IMG/VR virus record: IMGVR_UViG_3300044626_000250
Coordinates: 1-56,000 of that record
From: a virus
Taxonomy: Duplodnaviria > Caudoviricetes
Strand: one strand, 5' to 3'
Length of the DNA: 56,000 nucleotides
The notes under the pieces are model-generated. The model made no database searches. It saw nothing but the letters and a program-made list of their open reading frames with translations, and had not been told where the DNA came from. Of the stretch, positions 1-11,500 are shown piece after piece (positions within the stretch are counted from its first letter, which is position 1; every line of letters starts with the position of its first letter). A program made the position numbers and the translations under genes.

Positions 1-2
1 GA

Positions 3-3000
3 GAGAACTTGGTTGTTTTAGCAGATATTAAATGGGAAAATTTTGAGTTTTTATCAAAAGAAGATATAGACAAGTTAAATAGTTTAAAACCTTTAGCAGA
101 AGAACTTGATAGTATAAACACTTTAAAAATTTCTTCAAAAGATAGTAGAACTGTAGCTGTAGAAAAAAGATTTGCTCAACTTACTAATGAGCTAACTAAT
201 GAACTTGTTGATATAATTGGGAAATATGTTGAACAACAATTAGGTAAAACTATTAGTAGTTCAAAACCAAGACTAGTTACTTTACAAACTCCTACATCTC
301 CAACCAAACCTTCTAATTTAGATAATGCAGAAGGAAGAAAAGTTTTAGAAGATAATATAAATGCCAAGAGACAAGAAGAATTAGATAGTTTATTTGGAAC
401 ATATACTGGTGATGAATATGCAGCTAAAGAAAAAGAAATTAATGATAAATACGATTCACTTGCAGAAAAATTAAAGGATGTTAAAGTTGCTAAGCCTGGA
501 CAATTTGTATTAGATGGAGAAACTTTAAATATACAAATTGGTAATACAGGGATGATGATTGTGTTTACAGCTGAATCAGGAGTCACTGTAGAAAATACAA
601 ATGATAAAATTAAAATCAAACCTGAGTTTGGTGATGCTGTAAAAGTTGTAGAGTTTGTAAAAGAAAAAGGTAATCTAAGTCAAGAAGATGCAATTGCTAA
701 TATTAAAAAGAGTCTTGCTAATTCTGTTGCAGAATATGAATCAACATCTAAACAATTTGAGCAATATGCTGAGGATGAATTTGAACCTTATGTAGAGCCA
801 GCGTTTGAAGAGCCAATCAATGATGCTATTGATCAAGCAAGTAAGTTAGCTGGTAAGCCTATTAGTGCTTCAGTTAAAGCTGCTATTGCTGCAAAGAGAA
901 CTGGTCGTTCTAAGAAAGCTAGACGTGAAATAATATTACAAGATTTAAAGAACTTCAAAAAAGAAGATTGGTCTAAAATAGAAAGATGGATTAAAGCTGT
1001 CCTTCCTAATATCCCTGTATATAGAGTTAAGAATGTAATCCAAGCTACCAATGGTAAACAATCTTGGGGTATGTTCCATAATGGTGCTGTTTATATATAT
1101 GAGAATGCACAAGTTGGTACAACATACCATGAGGTGTTCCATGCTATATGGAGAATGTTTACAGATGCTAAAGAGCAACAAGCTATATTTGATGAGTTTA
1201 CAAGTAGACCAGGTCAATTCTTTGATAGAACATCAGGTAAACTGGTTGACTATTCTAGAGCAACTCCAGATCAAATGGAGGAAGCTCTTGCTGAAGAGTT
1301 TAAAGATTATGTACATGAAGGAAAGAAACCATATAAACCAAAAGATAGTAGACCTTTTATTCTTAAAATGTTCTCTGATCTTGTAAACTTTATTAAAAAA
1401 TTCTTTTTAGGAGGTAAAGAATCTACATCATTAGTTGAAGAGTTATTTAAAAATATAAATCAAGGATCATACAAAGCTAGCATTCCTTTCTCAAATGAAT
1501 TATCATATGCTAATGTTGGTATTCAAGATATTGAAAACATATCTGGAGATGACAGTAGTGCATTTAGTTTAATAGATATGGGAGATGTTCAGAGAAATGA
1601 GATTCTTCAAGAAATGACATATCAAACATTATTAAACTTTATTGATACAGATGAAGATTTGTTTGACATTCCAAACATTAGTAAGTCTAAGATATATGCA
1701 AATCTTTATGGTCATATACAAGGTTTAATAAAAGAAGGAATTGATGTTGCTAAAGAACTCTTAGAAGATCCTGAATATCAAACTCCTGAATTACAACAGT
1801 CTATTATAAGCAATATAGCCAATACCACTTTGTTAATGCAACAATTTGAAGATGGTTGGGAAAGCATTGTAGACAGACATCAAGAATATCTAAGAGGATA
1901 TTCAATTACATTTGATGAGAATGATGAAATTGCTTTAACAGATGATGAGAAAAGTAAAGAAGATCCTTATGGAGATTCTACTAAAATAGATCATTTCAAA
2001 AAAGCAAATGCTGCAATTAAACTTTTACTTTCTACTATACCTATATTAGATGTAAATAGTGAAGAAGGTGATGTACTAACATCTTCTATAGGAGGTGCAA
2101 TTCTTATGCCTACAAGCCAAGCATATATTAGCGTTATGAATAATGTTCATAATTCTAATAACATAGAAGAGATGTTAGAGAAATTACGTCAAATGGCATT
2201 ATATGATCCAACATATGCTGTGTTATATGATCGTTTAACAAAGTCTTCATATAAACTTTCAGGCTTAGATCTTAGTAAAGTTAAAAGTGTACATGGTGTA
2301 AAACTAATTGATGCATTTTGGAAAACATTCAAGAAACAAAATCCTGCAGTTAAGAATGTATTTATTCTTAATAATGGAGAAATTGTAGTTGGGGATGCTA
2401 ATCTTTCCACTGCAGCAGGTCAATTGAAATCTGAATACATAAGTGCTATTGTTGTTAAAGCTAAAGAAGGAAAAGGATTCTTTACATATAATAAAGATAA
2501 AAAAGTTTATGAAGGTAACTCTGCAAAAATTAAATCATTAAGATTAGATGGTGTAGTGCAAATGGTTTCTTTCTTAAAAGAACTTGGTGTAGATTTTTCA
2601 CAAAGTGATGCATTAAAATTAAAAGATGCAGAATTAAAAATATTCAAAGAAGCTGTTTCTGGTATTAGAAACAGTATATTAAATGCAGAAGATATTGCAA
2701 ATTTCTCTAGTAAGACATTGAACATGGACAAACGTTTATTTCAAATTGGCTTATTAAAAGCTTCTGTAGACAATCCTATGTTTGATAGTACATATTTTAA
2801 TGTAGCTGGAGAACGTACACAATCTTATGTAGGTACTAATGCTGCTAGTAATCTATTCACATTCTTATCTGGATTAGAGAAATTTACAAAAGATTCTCTT
2901 GCTAATACTAATTATTCTTATTTAGGAACTGATTCTTTTGCAGAAAATTCTTCTATACTAAATAGAAAATATACTAAAGAAGGAAATGTTATTGAAGGTT

Positions 3001-6000
3001 CAGAAGATTTATTAACTGTTGGATATGTTGGAGGTACAATTAATGAAACAAATGGTAAAACTAAACCATCTTCCAAACTTAATTATAGAGAACGTCTTAT
3101 GCAAGAAATCAATCTTAATTTAAAAGGTTGGTATTTAAATCTTATTCCTGGAGATGCATCTTTAGAATGGATGATAAAAATGGGTAATCCCATTTCATCA
3201 ATTAGTTTAACTAGAGGATTTGGAGAAGTACATGATTTGTTCAAAGGTTATTTCCTATCTGAATTAAAATTAGCTAGAGAAGGTCGTCCTATAGCAAATG
3301 TAAAAGGAAGAAGCACTAATGATATGAGATTTTTTAAATCTATTCTTGGTGAGGTTCTTCATAATAATATAATCTCATCAACAGAATCAGTTGAAAAAGT
3401 TTATGAAGATAATGCTGATAAAATTAATAAAGCGTTAGATGCATTCATTGAGCAAAAGAAAGAATCATTCAAAAAAACATTAATAGACGTTAATATATTA
3501 AAGCAAAATGGTTATGGATATTCATTAGAGAATATTGATCTTCCTCAAGTGATGATTGAATCTGAACTTAACAGACATTTAAATATGTTAACTGTTAATT
3601 ATTTTGTTAGTCAGATTGAAATGCACAAGCTATTATACTCTGATCCTTATCAATATGCTGATGAATTGAAACGTATTAAAAACTTCAATTCATCTGGACA
3701 AGCTATTATGAATAGTTCACCAAAAATGAACAAGCTTTATAATAATGTTTGGAACAAAGGATTTAAAAAAGGCAGTATTGGTTATACAAATTTCACACAA
3801 GAATATTTTAAAACAGCTACACATGAAGATGTAATAGGTATAGTTGATCTACCTAACTATGAGGAATATAAAGAAACTGATGGTGGTGGAATTATGATAT
3901 TTAATGCCTATCGTAATTATAGAATTAGAGCCAGTGATTGGAACACTGCAGAAGAAGCACAGTATCGTTATGACATTGCTTGGGAGAAAAGAGATAAAAA
4001 GGTAGAATTGTCAAAAGAAGAAGAAGCTTTACTTTTAGCAGGTAATCCTCAAGTGAAGAGTGCATACACTCCTCTTAAACCTATTGTTCGTGGAAACAAA
4101 GCAAATGGTAAAAACTACAATGATGTTGTATTAGATAAGTTTGCACTTTATCCTTTGTCTTACAGATTAATGAAACAAATTAATCCAACATCAAATGCTG
4201 TATCTCTTTATGCAAAAATGCAAAAAGAAAAAATAGATTATATTGTATATAACTCATCAAGAAAAGTGGGTGCTGATCAAGCACATCCAACATATAATGC
4301 AAAAGGAGAATTTAATAATGCCCCTTATGCAAAAAGAACTATTGTAAATGTACCATTTTCTATAATGGATGTACAAACAGAAGTTCCTTCAAAAGACATT
4401 AGTTTAGTTACTAGAGGTTCTCAGGTTACTAAACTTATCACAATGGACTTCATGGATGCTGGTGTACCAGTTGATTTTGTATTACTAGATGCAGAAGGAA
4501 ATGAAAATACTAACTTCTCTGAAAGATATAGAACATGGTTTACAATGCCTGAGGAGCAGAAATTAGAAAATTCTGAATTATATCGTGAGATAAAAACTAA
4601 CCAAGATTTATTAAGTGCGTTAATGAAACAAGGTTATAACAACCTTCTTAGATCATTAGGTATTTCTAGTAAAAATGGTGAGTTTAGAATAACAAATTTT
4701 AGTGAAGCTGCTACAACTTTACGTAATGAAATTCTAAAAAGAGAAGTTAATGATAACATCAGTGATGCATTAAAAGGTTTCTTGAATGGTAAAGCTATTT
4801 TAGAAGCTACCCCTGCTTATCAACAAGTTAGAAACATTCTTTATTCTATTGCTGATAGAGAAATCATTTCTCCTAAGATGAATGGTGGTATGAAGGTGCA
4901 AGTTGCTTCTACATTATTAGAATCTGTTCGTGCACAAGAAACAGAAATCAATGGTAAAAAAGGATTTACATCTGACATTCTTAAGTTTTATGAGAAAGAT
5001 GGAAAACGTGTGTGTGAAGTTATGGTGGGTAGATGGTTTAAGTCTGATCTATCTGATGATGAGTTACTAGATTTATGGTATAAAAAAGATAAAAAAGGAA
5101 ATAGAACAGATGAATTAACAGAAGAAGGAGAAAAAGTTATGTCTGGGCTTGCATTTCGTACGCCTACTCAGAAACAAAATTCTATTGATAGTTTTGTAAT
5201 TAAACAATTTCTTCCTGTTGAATTTGGAGATTCTGTAATTGTACCTTCTGCTATTGTTGCTAAGAGTGGATCTGACTTTGATATTGATAAGTTATCAATG
5301 TATTTTAAAAATTTAAAAGTTGGTAAAGATGGTTTGCCAAGATATGTTGAATATCTAAATGATAGTAATTCTACAGTAGAAGAAAGATTTTTAAAATATG
5401 TTTCTAAAAATACCAAAGACTATAAAGATATAGTAAAAGAGTTTAAAAATTCTGAAGAGTTTATTGCAAAAGGTAAAAAGATTAATGAAAGTTTTGGAAA
5501 AGTTGACGAGCAAAGAGCTGCTTTAAAAGACATCAAGCAAGAAGTTGATAGTGTATATTCAATGGGCTATGAGTCATTTAAACAACTTCCATTAGCTATT
5601 AAACAAATATTTTGGAAACAAGAAGAAGATTTAACTGCACAAGATGTAGATGGTATACAAAAAAATATTTACTATTCTGCTATTGCTAATAATCTAATTA
5701 CAAATCTTAAGAAAAATAAAACTATTCAACTTGAACAAACTGTCAAACTTAAAGATGGAAAAACAAAAGTTGAAACTGTAACTATACCAAAAGAAGAAGC
5801 TCTTCCTTATTTACAAGAAATGGTGGCTAACTATAAAGAAATGAACATTCTTTATGGTTTGTCAGAAGAACAACAAACTAAACTTGAAGACATTTTAAGT
5901 AATGCTTTATCTATTAAAGATCTATTAAATAATAAATATAAACTTGAAGTTGCAAAAGTTATTGCAGAAGCTACAGATTTAGATAGTTTAGAGACATTCA

Positions 6001-8549
6001 GTAATAGAAACATGAATGATCAAAACACTCAAGAAGCTTTAGAGAATGCATATAATGAATCATCTCAAAGACTTGTTTCTCATCCTAAAAACTATGACAG
6101 ACTTATTCAACCTAACTCTGCAGAACAATTAAAAGTATTATCAAAGTTCATAGCTGAAAAAACTGTTGGTCAATCATTTGATTATACAGATGTTGGTAAT
6201 ATGTTAGATAGAACATTTATGTCTAGACTTAGACATGCATTTGTTTCAGGTAAATATGCTATTGGTATTGCTGCTGTGAACCAAACTAATCATTCATTAA
6301 ATCAACGTCAAGCTATATTTATTGATAGAGACAGACTTAAATATGTATCTGAGGAAGATAAGTTTTGGTTAGGAGATGCAACAGTTAAGTTTCCTGAATA
6401 TAATAAATTAGGAATTGGTAATTATATTTCTCCTATTTTATCCATGGTTAAGAATGTTGCTGGTCAAGATATATCAGATATCCTTGGACAGTTCATAGAT
6501 GGGTTTGTGGATATTTCTAAAGGTCCTTGGATTATGGAACTTGGTCTTACACCTAATGTAGCATCAACTTGGATGACATTAGTTAAGATGGGAGTACCAG
6601 TTGATACAGTGGCTTATTTTATGAACCAACCTATCATCAAAGATTATTTAAATACTATCGAGAATTCTGGATATTCATATCTATTTATAGATAGTATCAT
6701 GGATGATGTTTTGGAAAAATATACTCCTAAAGGACAAAAGATATCTCAAAAAGATTTTGAAGCTTTAAGAAACAATTTTGAAATTCCTAGTAAAGATAAT
6801 TTGAAAAATCTTGTTGGTGCTTCATCTAAAAATTTAGATGCATTTCAATTAAGACAACAACAATTAATGTTGTGGGAATTTGTTAAATATGCAAAAATGG
6901 CTGAACATATGTTCTTAGTAACACAAGGTTCTAACTTTGATACAGCTAACTTCAATGATCCTTATTTAGTATTTAAGAAAATGATGATGCTTAAAAAAGC
7001 ACAGTCAACTATTATTGGATCTGTAGATAAAGATGGTAAACCAACTTCAGCTGTAAATGCTTTATTAGAGAATTCTTTCTTAGGTGATCTTGGGTCAACT
7101 ATTTTAAATATGAGAAATGCTCTTTCTAAAATATTAATGTCTGATCAACCAGAGATTAGAAATGTTATTGAGAAAGTCCTAACGCCATACATTGATGAAT
7201 CTGATAGAGACTTTGTAAAGATTGCTCAAAAAGCAGTGAATGATCTTTTTGATTATGCTGTTTTCACTGATCAAGGATATGCAGACTTATTGAAATCTGA
7301 ATTAATTAAAGATGGTGGTACAGCTAAACAGATATATAATTTTGTTAAAGATGTTAAAGAAGATGAAGATCATCCTTTACATAACAACCATGTCATTAAT
7401 ATATTAGAATACAAGCCATCTACTAAAGAGGGTAACTATCCTAACAATTTAAAAATCAAAGGACTTGATAATAAAGTGTTTGATCAAAACACTATCATTG
7501 GTGCATTCAGAGAAATAAAAAGATATATCGAAACTGAGAAAGCTATTGGTAATACAAAATACGAATCTATATATAAAGGATTAGTAAATGTTGCTGTATT
7601 ACAGTCAGGGTTGTCTAGTTCTCCTATATCATTTACATCACTACTTCCTTATGAAGATTTTGCTGATGTATATAATCCAACACTTTCCAAGTTGGCAAGT
7701 ATTAAAAACTTAGATGATTTCTATAAGCTTGGTGTGTTCCAAAGAAACAATTGGAATAATGATACGTTTGTTCCTTCAACAAGAGCAAGATGGATTAAAG
7801 TGGATGATCCATACGATTTTGGAAATAGAGTTTCTATATACAATCCATCTATGTACTTCCTTCCTGAAGCTGTTAAAGATGCTGTTTCTAATGGAGAAAT
7901 CCCTGAAATCTTAACACAGTCTGCAAATAATTCAGATTCAAAATTTGATTATATTACATTTAATTGGGAACTTCAACAAGAGATTTTAACAAAAGAAGAA
8001 TTAGAAAAAATTAAACCTTCTGAAAGTGTATTAGATGCTGTATTTGCTAAGAAAAATGAAATGCGTAGAAAAGGAGATTACTCATATATGCAAAAAGGAT
8101 TGTTTCAAAAAGTGTATGACAGTTATGGCGTACCATTAACAACAGAAGATGCAAAAGGTAATACATATTATATATACAAAGCTATCAATGCATGGGGTGA
8201 TTCATATAGAGCTAATGAGTTTTATAATGTAGACAAACCATCTGTGTTTGATAATGGAATGGTTACTGGTGTAGCTGCAAGTAATGGTTTAATAATTGAC
8301 ATATTCAAAGGAACAAGACCAATTGTAGGAGCTGTTACAGCCAACACTGCACCATCTGCAAAAAGAAATGTTACTATAAAAGGTATCTTTAATGGATTAA
8401 ATGAGTTTACGTTAGAACAAAAATCACAAATTTTATCTAACTTTGCTATCAAGCATGGTCTTACTTCAGAACAAGCATTAAAAGATATTAATGCAGCACT
8501 TAAAACCAATCGAGCTGAAGCAATTGAGCAATTAAAAAAATGTTACTAA
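3..8549 (+). CDS. Virion-packaged DNA-dependent RNA polymerase (crAss-like), with zincin metallopeptidase domain; 5' end probably outside the window
   Basis: Over 2846 aa. Catalytic motif GSDFDIDKL (DFDID at 5274-5288) preceded by FRTPTQ. Zincin HEVFH at 1128-1142 with downstream EEALAEEF. The frame is open from position 3, so the TTG start at 9 is probably not the real start. Confidence 0.9.
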   Translation, partial: ENLVVLADIKWENFEFLSKEDIDKLNSLKPLAEELDSINTLKISSKDSRTVAVEKRFAQLTNELTNELVDIIGKYVEQQLGKTISSSKPRLVTLQTPTSPTKPSNLDNAEGRKVLEDNINAKRQEELDSLFGTYTGDEYAAKEKEINDKYDSLAEKLKDVKVAKPGQFVLDGETLNIQIGNTGMMIVFTAESGVTVENTNDKIKIKPEFGDAVKVVEFVKEKGNLSQEDAIANIKKSLANSVAEYESTSKQFEQYAEDEFEPYVEPAFEEPINDAIDQASKLAGKPISASVKAAIAAKRTGRSKKARREIILQDLKNFKKEDWSKIERWIKAVLPNIPVYRVKNVIQATNGKQSWGMFHNGAVYIYENAQVGTTYHEVFHAIWRMFTDAKEQQAIFDEFTSRPGQFFDRTSGKLVDYSRATPDQMEEALAEEFKDYVHEGKKPYKPKDSRPFILKMFSDLVNFIKKFFLGGKESTSLVEELFKNINQGSYKASIPFSNELSYANVGIQDIENISGDDSSAFSLIDMGDVQRNEILQEMTYQTLLNFIDTDEDLFDIPNISKSKIYANLYGHIQGLIKEGIDVAKELLEDPEYQTPELQQSIISNIANTTLLMQQFEDGWESIVDRHQEYLRGYSITFDENDEIALTDDEKSKEDPYGDSTKIDHFKKANAAIKLLLSTIPILDVNSEEGDVLTSSIGGAILMPTSQAYISVMNNVHNSNNIEEMLEKLRQMALYDPTYAVLYDRLTKSSYKLSGLDLSKVKSVHGVKLIDAFWKTFKKQNPAVKNVFILNNGEIVVGDANLSTAAGQLKSEYISAIVVKAKEGKGFFTYNKDKKVYEGNSAKIKSLRLDGVVQMVSFLKELGVDFSQSDALKLKDAELKIFKEAVSGIRNSILNAEDIANFSSKTLNMDKRLFQIGLLKASVDNPMFDSTYFNVAGERTQSYVGTNAASNLFTFLSGLEKFTKDSLANTNYSYLGTDSFAENSSILNRKYTKEGNVIEGSEDLLTVGYVGGTINETNGKTKPSSKLNYRERLMQEINLNLKGWYLNLIPGDASLEWMIKMGNPISSISLTRGFGEVHDLFKGYFLSELKLAREGRPIANVKGRSTNDMRFFKSILGEVLHNNIISSTESVEKVYEDNADKINKALDAFIEQKKESFKKTLIDVNILKQNGYGYSLENIDLPQVMIESELNRHLNMLTVNYFVSQIEMHKLLYSDPYQYADELKRIKNFNSSGQAIMNSSPKMNKLYNNVWNKGFKKGSIGYTNFTQEYFKTATHEDVIGIVDLPNYEEYKETDGGGIMIFNAYRNYRIRASDWNTAEEAQYRYDIAWEKRDKKVELSKEEEALLLAGNPQVKSAYTPLKPIVRGNKANGKNYNDVVLDKFALYPLSYRLMKQINPTSNAVSLYAKMQKEKIDYIVYNSSRKVGADQAHPTYNAKGEFNNAPYAKRTIVNVPFSIMDVQTEVPSKDISLVTRGSQVTKLITMDFMDAGVPVDFVLLDAEGNENTNFSERYRTWFTMPEEQKLENSELYREIKTNQDLLSALMKQGYNNLLRSLGISSKNGEFRITNFSEAATTLRNEILKREVNDNISDALKGFLNGKAILEATPAYQQVRNILYSIADREIISPKMNGGMKVQVASTLLESVRAQETEINGKKGFTSDILKFYEKDGKRVCEVMVGRWFKSDLSDDELLDLWYKKDKKGNRTDELTEEGEKVMSGLAFRTPTQKQNSIDSFVIKQFLPVEFGDSVIVPSAIVAKSGSDFDIDKLSMYFKNLKVGKDGLPRYVEYLNDSNSTVEERFLKYVSKNTKDYKDIVKEFKNSEEFIAKGKKINESFGKVDEQRAALKDIKQEVDSVYSMGYESFKQLPLAIKQIFWKQEEDLTAQDVDGIQKNIYYSAIANNLITNLKKNKTIQLEQTVKLKDGKTKVETVTIPKEEALPYLQEMVANYKEMNILYGLSEEQQTKLEDILSNALSIKDLLNNKYKLEVAKVIAEATDLDSLETFSNRNMNDQNTQEALENAYNESSQRLVSHPKNYDRLIQPNSAEQLKVLSKFIAEKTVGQSFDYTDVGNMLDRTFMSRLRHAFVSGKYAIGIAAVNQTNHSLNQRQAIFIDRDRLKYVSEEDKFWLGDATVKFPEYNKLGIGNYISPILSMVKNVAGQDISDILGQFIDGFVDISKGPWIMELGLTPNVASTWMTLVKMGVPVDTVAYFMNQPIIKDYLNTIENSGYSYLFIDSIMDDVLEKYTPKGQKISQKDFEALRNNFEIPSKDNLKNLVGASSKNLDAFQLRQQQLMLWEFVKYAKMAEHMFLVTQGSNFDTANFNDPYLVFKKMMMLKKAQSTIIGSVDKDGKPTSAVNALLENSFLGDLGSTILNMRNALSKILMSDQPEIRNVIEKVLTPYIDESDRDFVKIAQKAVNDLFDYAVFTDQGYADLLKSELIKDGGTAKQIYNFVKDVKEDEDHPLHNNHVINILEYKPSTKEGNYPNNLKIKGLDNKVFDQNTIIGAFREIKRYIETEKAIGNTKYESIYKGLVNVAVLQSGLSSSPISFTSLLPYEDFADVYNPTLSKLASIKNLDDFYKLGVFQRNNWNNDTFVPSTRARWIKVDDPYDFGNRVSIYNPSMYFLPEAVKDAVSNGEIPEILTQSANNSDSKFDYITFNWELQQEILTKEELEKIKPSESVLDAVFAKKNEMRRKGDYSYMQKGLFQKVYDSYGVPLTTEDAKGNTYYIYKAINAWGDSYRANEFYNVDKPSVFDNGMVTGVAASNGLIIDIFKGTRPIVGAVTANTAPSAKRNVTIKGIFNGLNEFTLEQKSQILSNFAIKHGLTSEQALKDINAALKTNRAEAIEQLKKCY

Positions 8550-8550
8550 T

Positions 8551-11500
8551 ATGAGTTGTGTTAATCCTAATATCCCAGAGTTTCAAGAATTAGTTAGAAA
8601 GACAGGAAACTATCTTCTAGCTGAAATAGAATATACTAAAGGTTCTCCTGTTATACAATCTAATGGTAAGATGTTGAATCTTCCTGAAGAAGCTAAACAG
8701 AAAATTTATGAGAACTATGTAAATTTAATGGGTAGAAAAAGAGAAGGTAAGGAAGAAGGTTATGATAGTTTTAATAGAATGTTTGATAATCTTCAAGTAT
8801 TTAAAACAAAAGACACTTATATATTTGGACAATGGGATGCAAAAAATAATGTGTTTCAAGGAAGACTTATGTCTTCTCCTAACATTAGACAGTTATACGA
8901 AGCGTTAGATGAGTTAGTTGGCATGGTTGATTTCATGGCATCAGTTCCCCCAGATATGGGTAGGATGCTTGAAAGAAAAGGTATGTATAAATTAAATGTA
9001 GATAAGCTATATGATTTCAAGGGAGAGAAAATGGTTAAGAATTTATATTTCTCAAACAAAGAATCAGTTAAGAAGATTTTTAAAAAAGAAGAAAGTGAAA
9101 TAACCAAATCAGATGTTATAAAATATGATAAATTTTTTAACTATCAAGAAATTCTTAGAAAGTTAAGCGATGCATTTAAAAAAGGAAACTTTGATAACAT
9201 CTATCCTATTCTTAAAGAGTTAGGAATATATGATTATAACGCATATAAGATTCTTAATAAATTTAAACAGTTAGATAAAAACTTTTCAGAAGGAGAATTG
9301 AAAAAGTTTCGTGCAATGGATCTTTACACGAAAATGGTATCAGAAGAAACTGTTACAGGTGATATAAATTATCAACTCACTTCACAAGAAAAACAAAGAT
9401 ATAAGATATATAAAGAGTATATGTCAATTATATCAGATGTTAAAGATCAAATTATTAAAAATAGTGCTTCTAATTTTATTAATATAGACAAAAGAGATCT
9501 TTTTAATAATCCAAAAATTTACAATCAATTAGATAATGAGTTAAATAAAACTCTAGCAACCTATCTATCTAAGTTTGGTATCAAAACAGAAGTGTTAAAA
9601 GATATCCAAGATAGATTTGGTATTGATTCATATGCACATTTAGATATATTAAATAAAATTATATACACTTCTGAAACTAATCAAGGAGAATATCCACAAC
9701 AAGCAGGTAAGATAATTGCTTATATGATGCAACATAATCCTCTTGTAACAGAGATTATGGCCAATATGAAAAGATCATCAATGTTTGGCAGTCGTCTAAG
9801 CAAAGAAGACATGTTTGATGCTATTGGTGATATGATTTCAGAACAATTATATAAAAAGACAAACACTGAAGTGCCCACTTCTATTTTAGAAAAAATCAAC
9901 ATGTTGATTAGACAATTCTTTTCATTTATTACACAGGTGAGAATGAATAGAATTAATAGAAACGTTGGTATAATTGCTGATAATATATTGTTACAAAATC
10001 AATCATTAATAACATTCTCTCCTTTTAAACCTGGAGCAGCTAATAAACCAGTTGTAAGAGTTAGTTTCCAAGAGGCATTAGATGGAGATGCATTCGCTAC
10101 ATCAATTGTAGATAGAATGGCTGATAAATTTATTCTTGGTGGAAGTATTTCTTTTTCTGAACAAGGTCCTGTTTGGAGACCTGATGAAAATCAAGTGCAT
10201 GATCTTGATTGGGCTTCTTCATATCCAAGACAAGATACTAAAAATATATTTGAAAGTATTTATCCAGATGGTCAAAGAATTTATATTAGAGAGATATATG
10301 ATAAAAGCACTCAAGAATGGACAGACACTTGGCTATTAGCTGAAGATGGTCATTCAATTAAAAACTTAGTGCTATCAGATGATGGTAAGAATAAAATTCT
10401 TGCTTATGACATTGTTGATAATGAAACTGGTAAAGTGGTTAGTCAATATATTCCAAAATCAGATTCTCATACAGGAGATGTAGTTGCTAAACCTATCGAT
10501 ATTTTTTCTAGTGATAATATTAATAAAGAACAATTTCCTACACAAGATTTTATTACTTCTTCAGGAACAACAGTTAAACTTGGAAACTGGAGATCTTCGT
10601 TTGAAGCTAAACTTAGATATGGTAGATTAAAAGATCTTTGGGATTATAATAGATTCATTCCTGAAGAAAACATATATCAAGGAGAACCTTCTGAAGGTAA
10701 TTTTCAGTTGGAAGGAATGCCTATGTCAGCAGCTTCTGAAGAAACACTTACAAAGGTGAGAGCTCTTATTGAAAAAATGGGAGTTAGTATGAAGTCTCTT
10801 GTTGAATATGCTAAAACTTCTAAGCTAAATTTAGATGGTGTAAATGCTGTTGCTGATATGATTCATGGAATCATTGCTGTAGCTGAAGGAAAAGAAGCTG
10901 TATCTCTTACAGAAGAGATGGTGCACATTGCTACAGCTATATTAGAATTAAAGAATCCTAAGATGATTACAGAAATGATTGCAAAGATTGATCGTTTCAA
11001 AATATATAACATTACATTAAATGCATATAAAACTAATCGTGACTATCAACTTCCTAATGGTAAACCAGACATTCGTAAGATAAAGAAAGAAGCTGTTGAT
11101 AAATTAATTGCAGAATTAATTGTTAATCAAGGAAGAGATGTTGCTCAATATCCAGAACTTCTTGAACAAGAGAACATAAACTTTGTTCAACGTATATGGA
11201 ATAAAGTGTTAGATTGGTTTAGAGGAATGTACAAGGCTAATAATGTTGATATATTCAAACAAACTTCAGATATTATAATCAATGATGGATTCGAAGGAGA
11301 TTATAGAGATATTCAAAATAAACAAATTTATTTTCAATATAGTGATGCTCAAAAAAATGCACAAGCATTATTATTAAAAACTCAAGACGATTTAAAGAAA
11401 GTTGAAGTTAAAGAAAAAATAGATCCTTTATTTATGGATACTGAAGAAGCTAGTAACTTTTATGAAATACAAAATGCTAATGGTGTTTGGGAAAGAGTTG

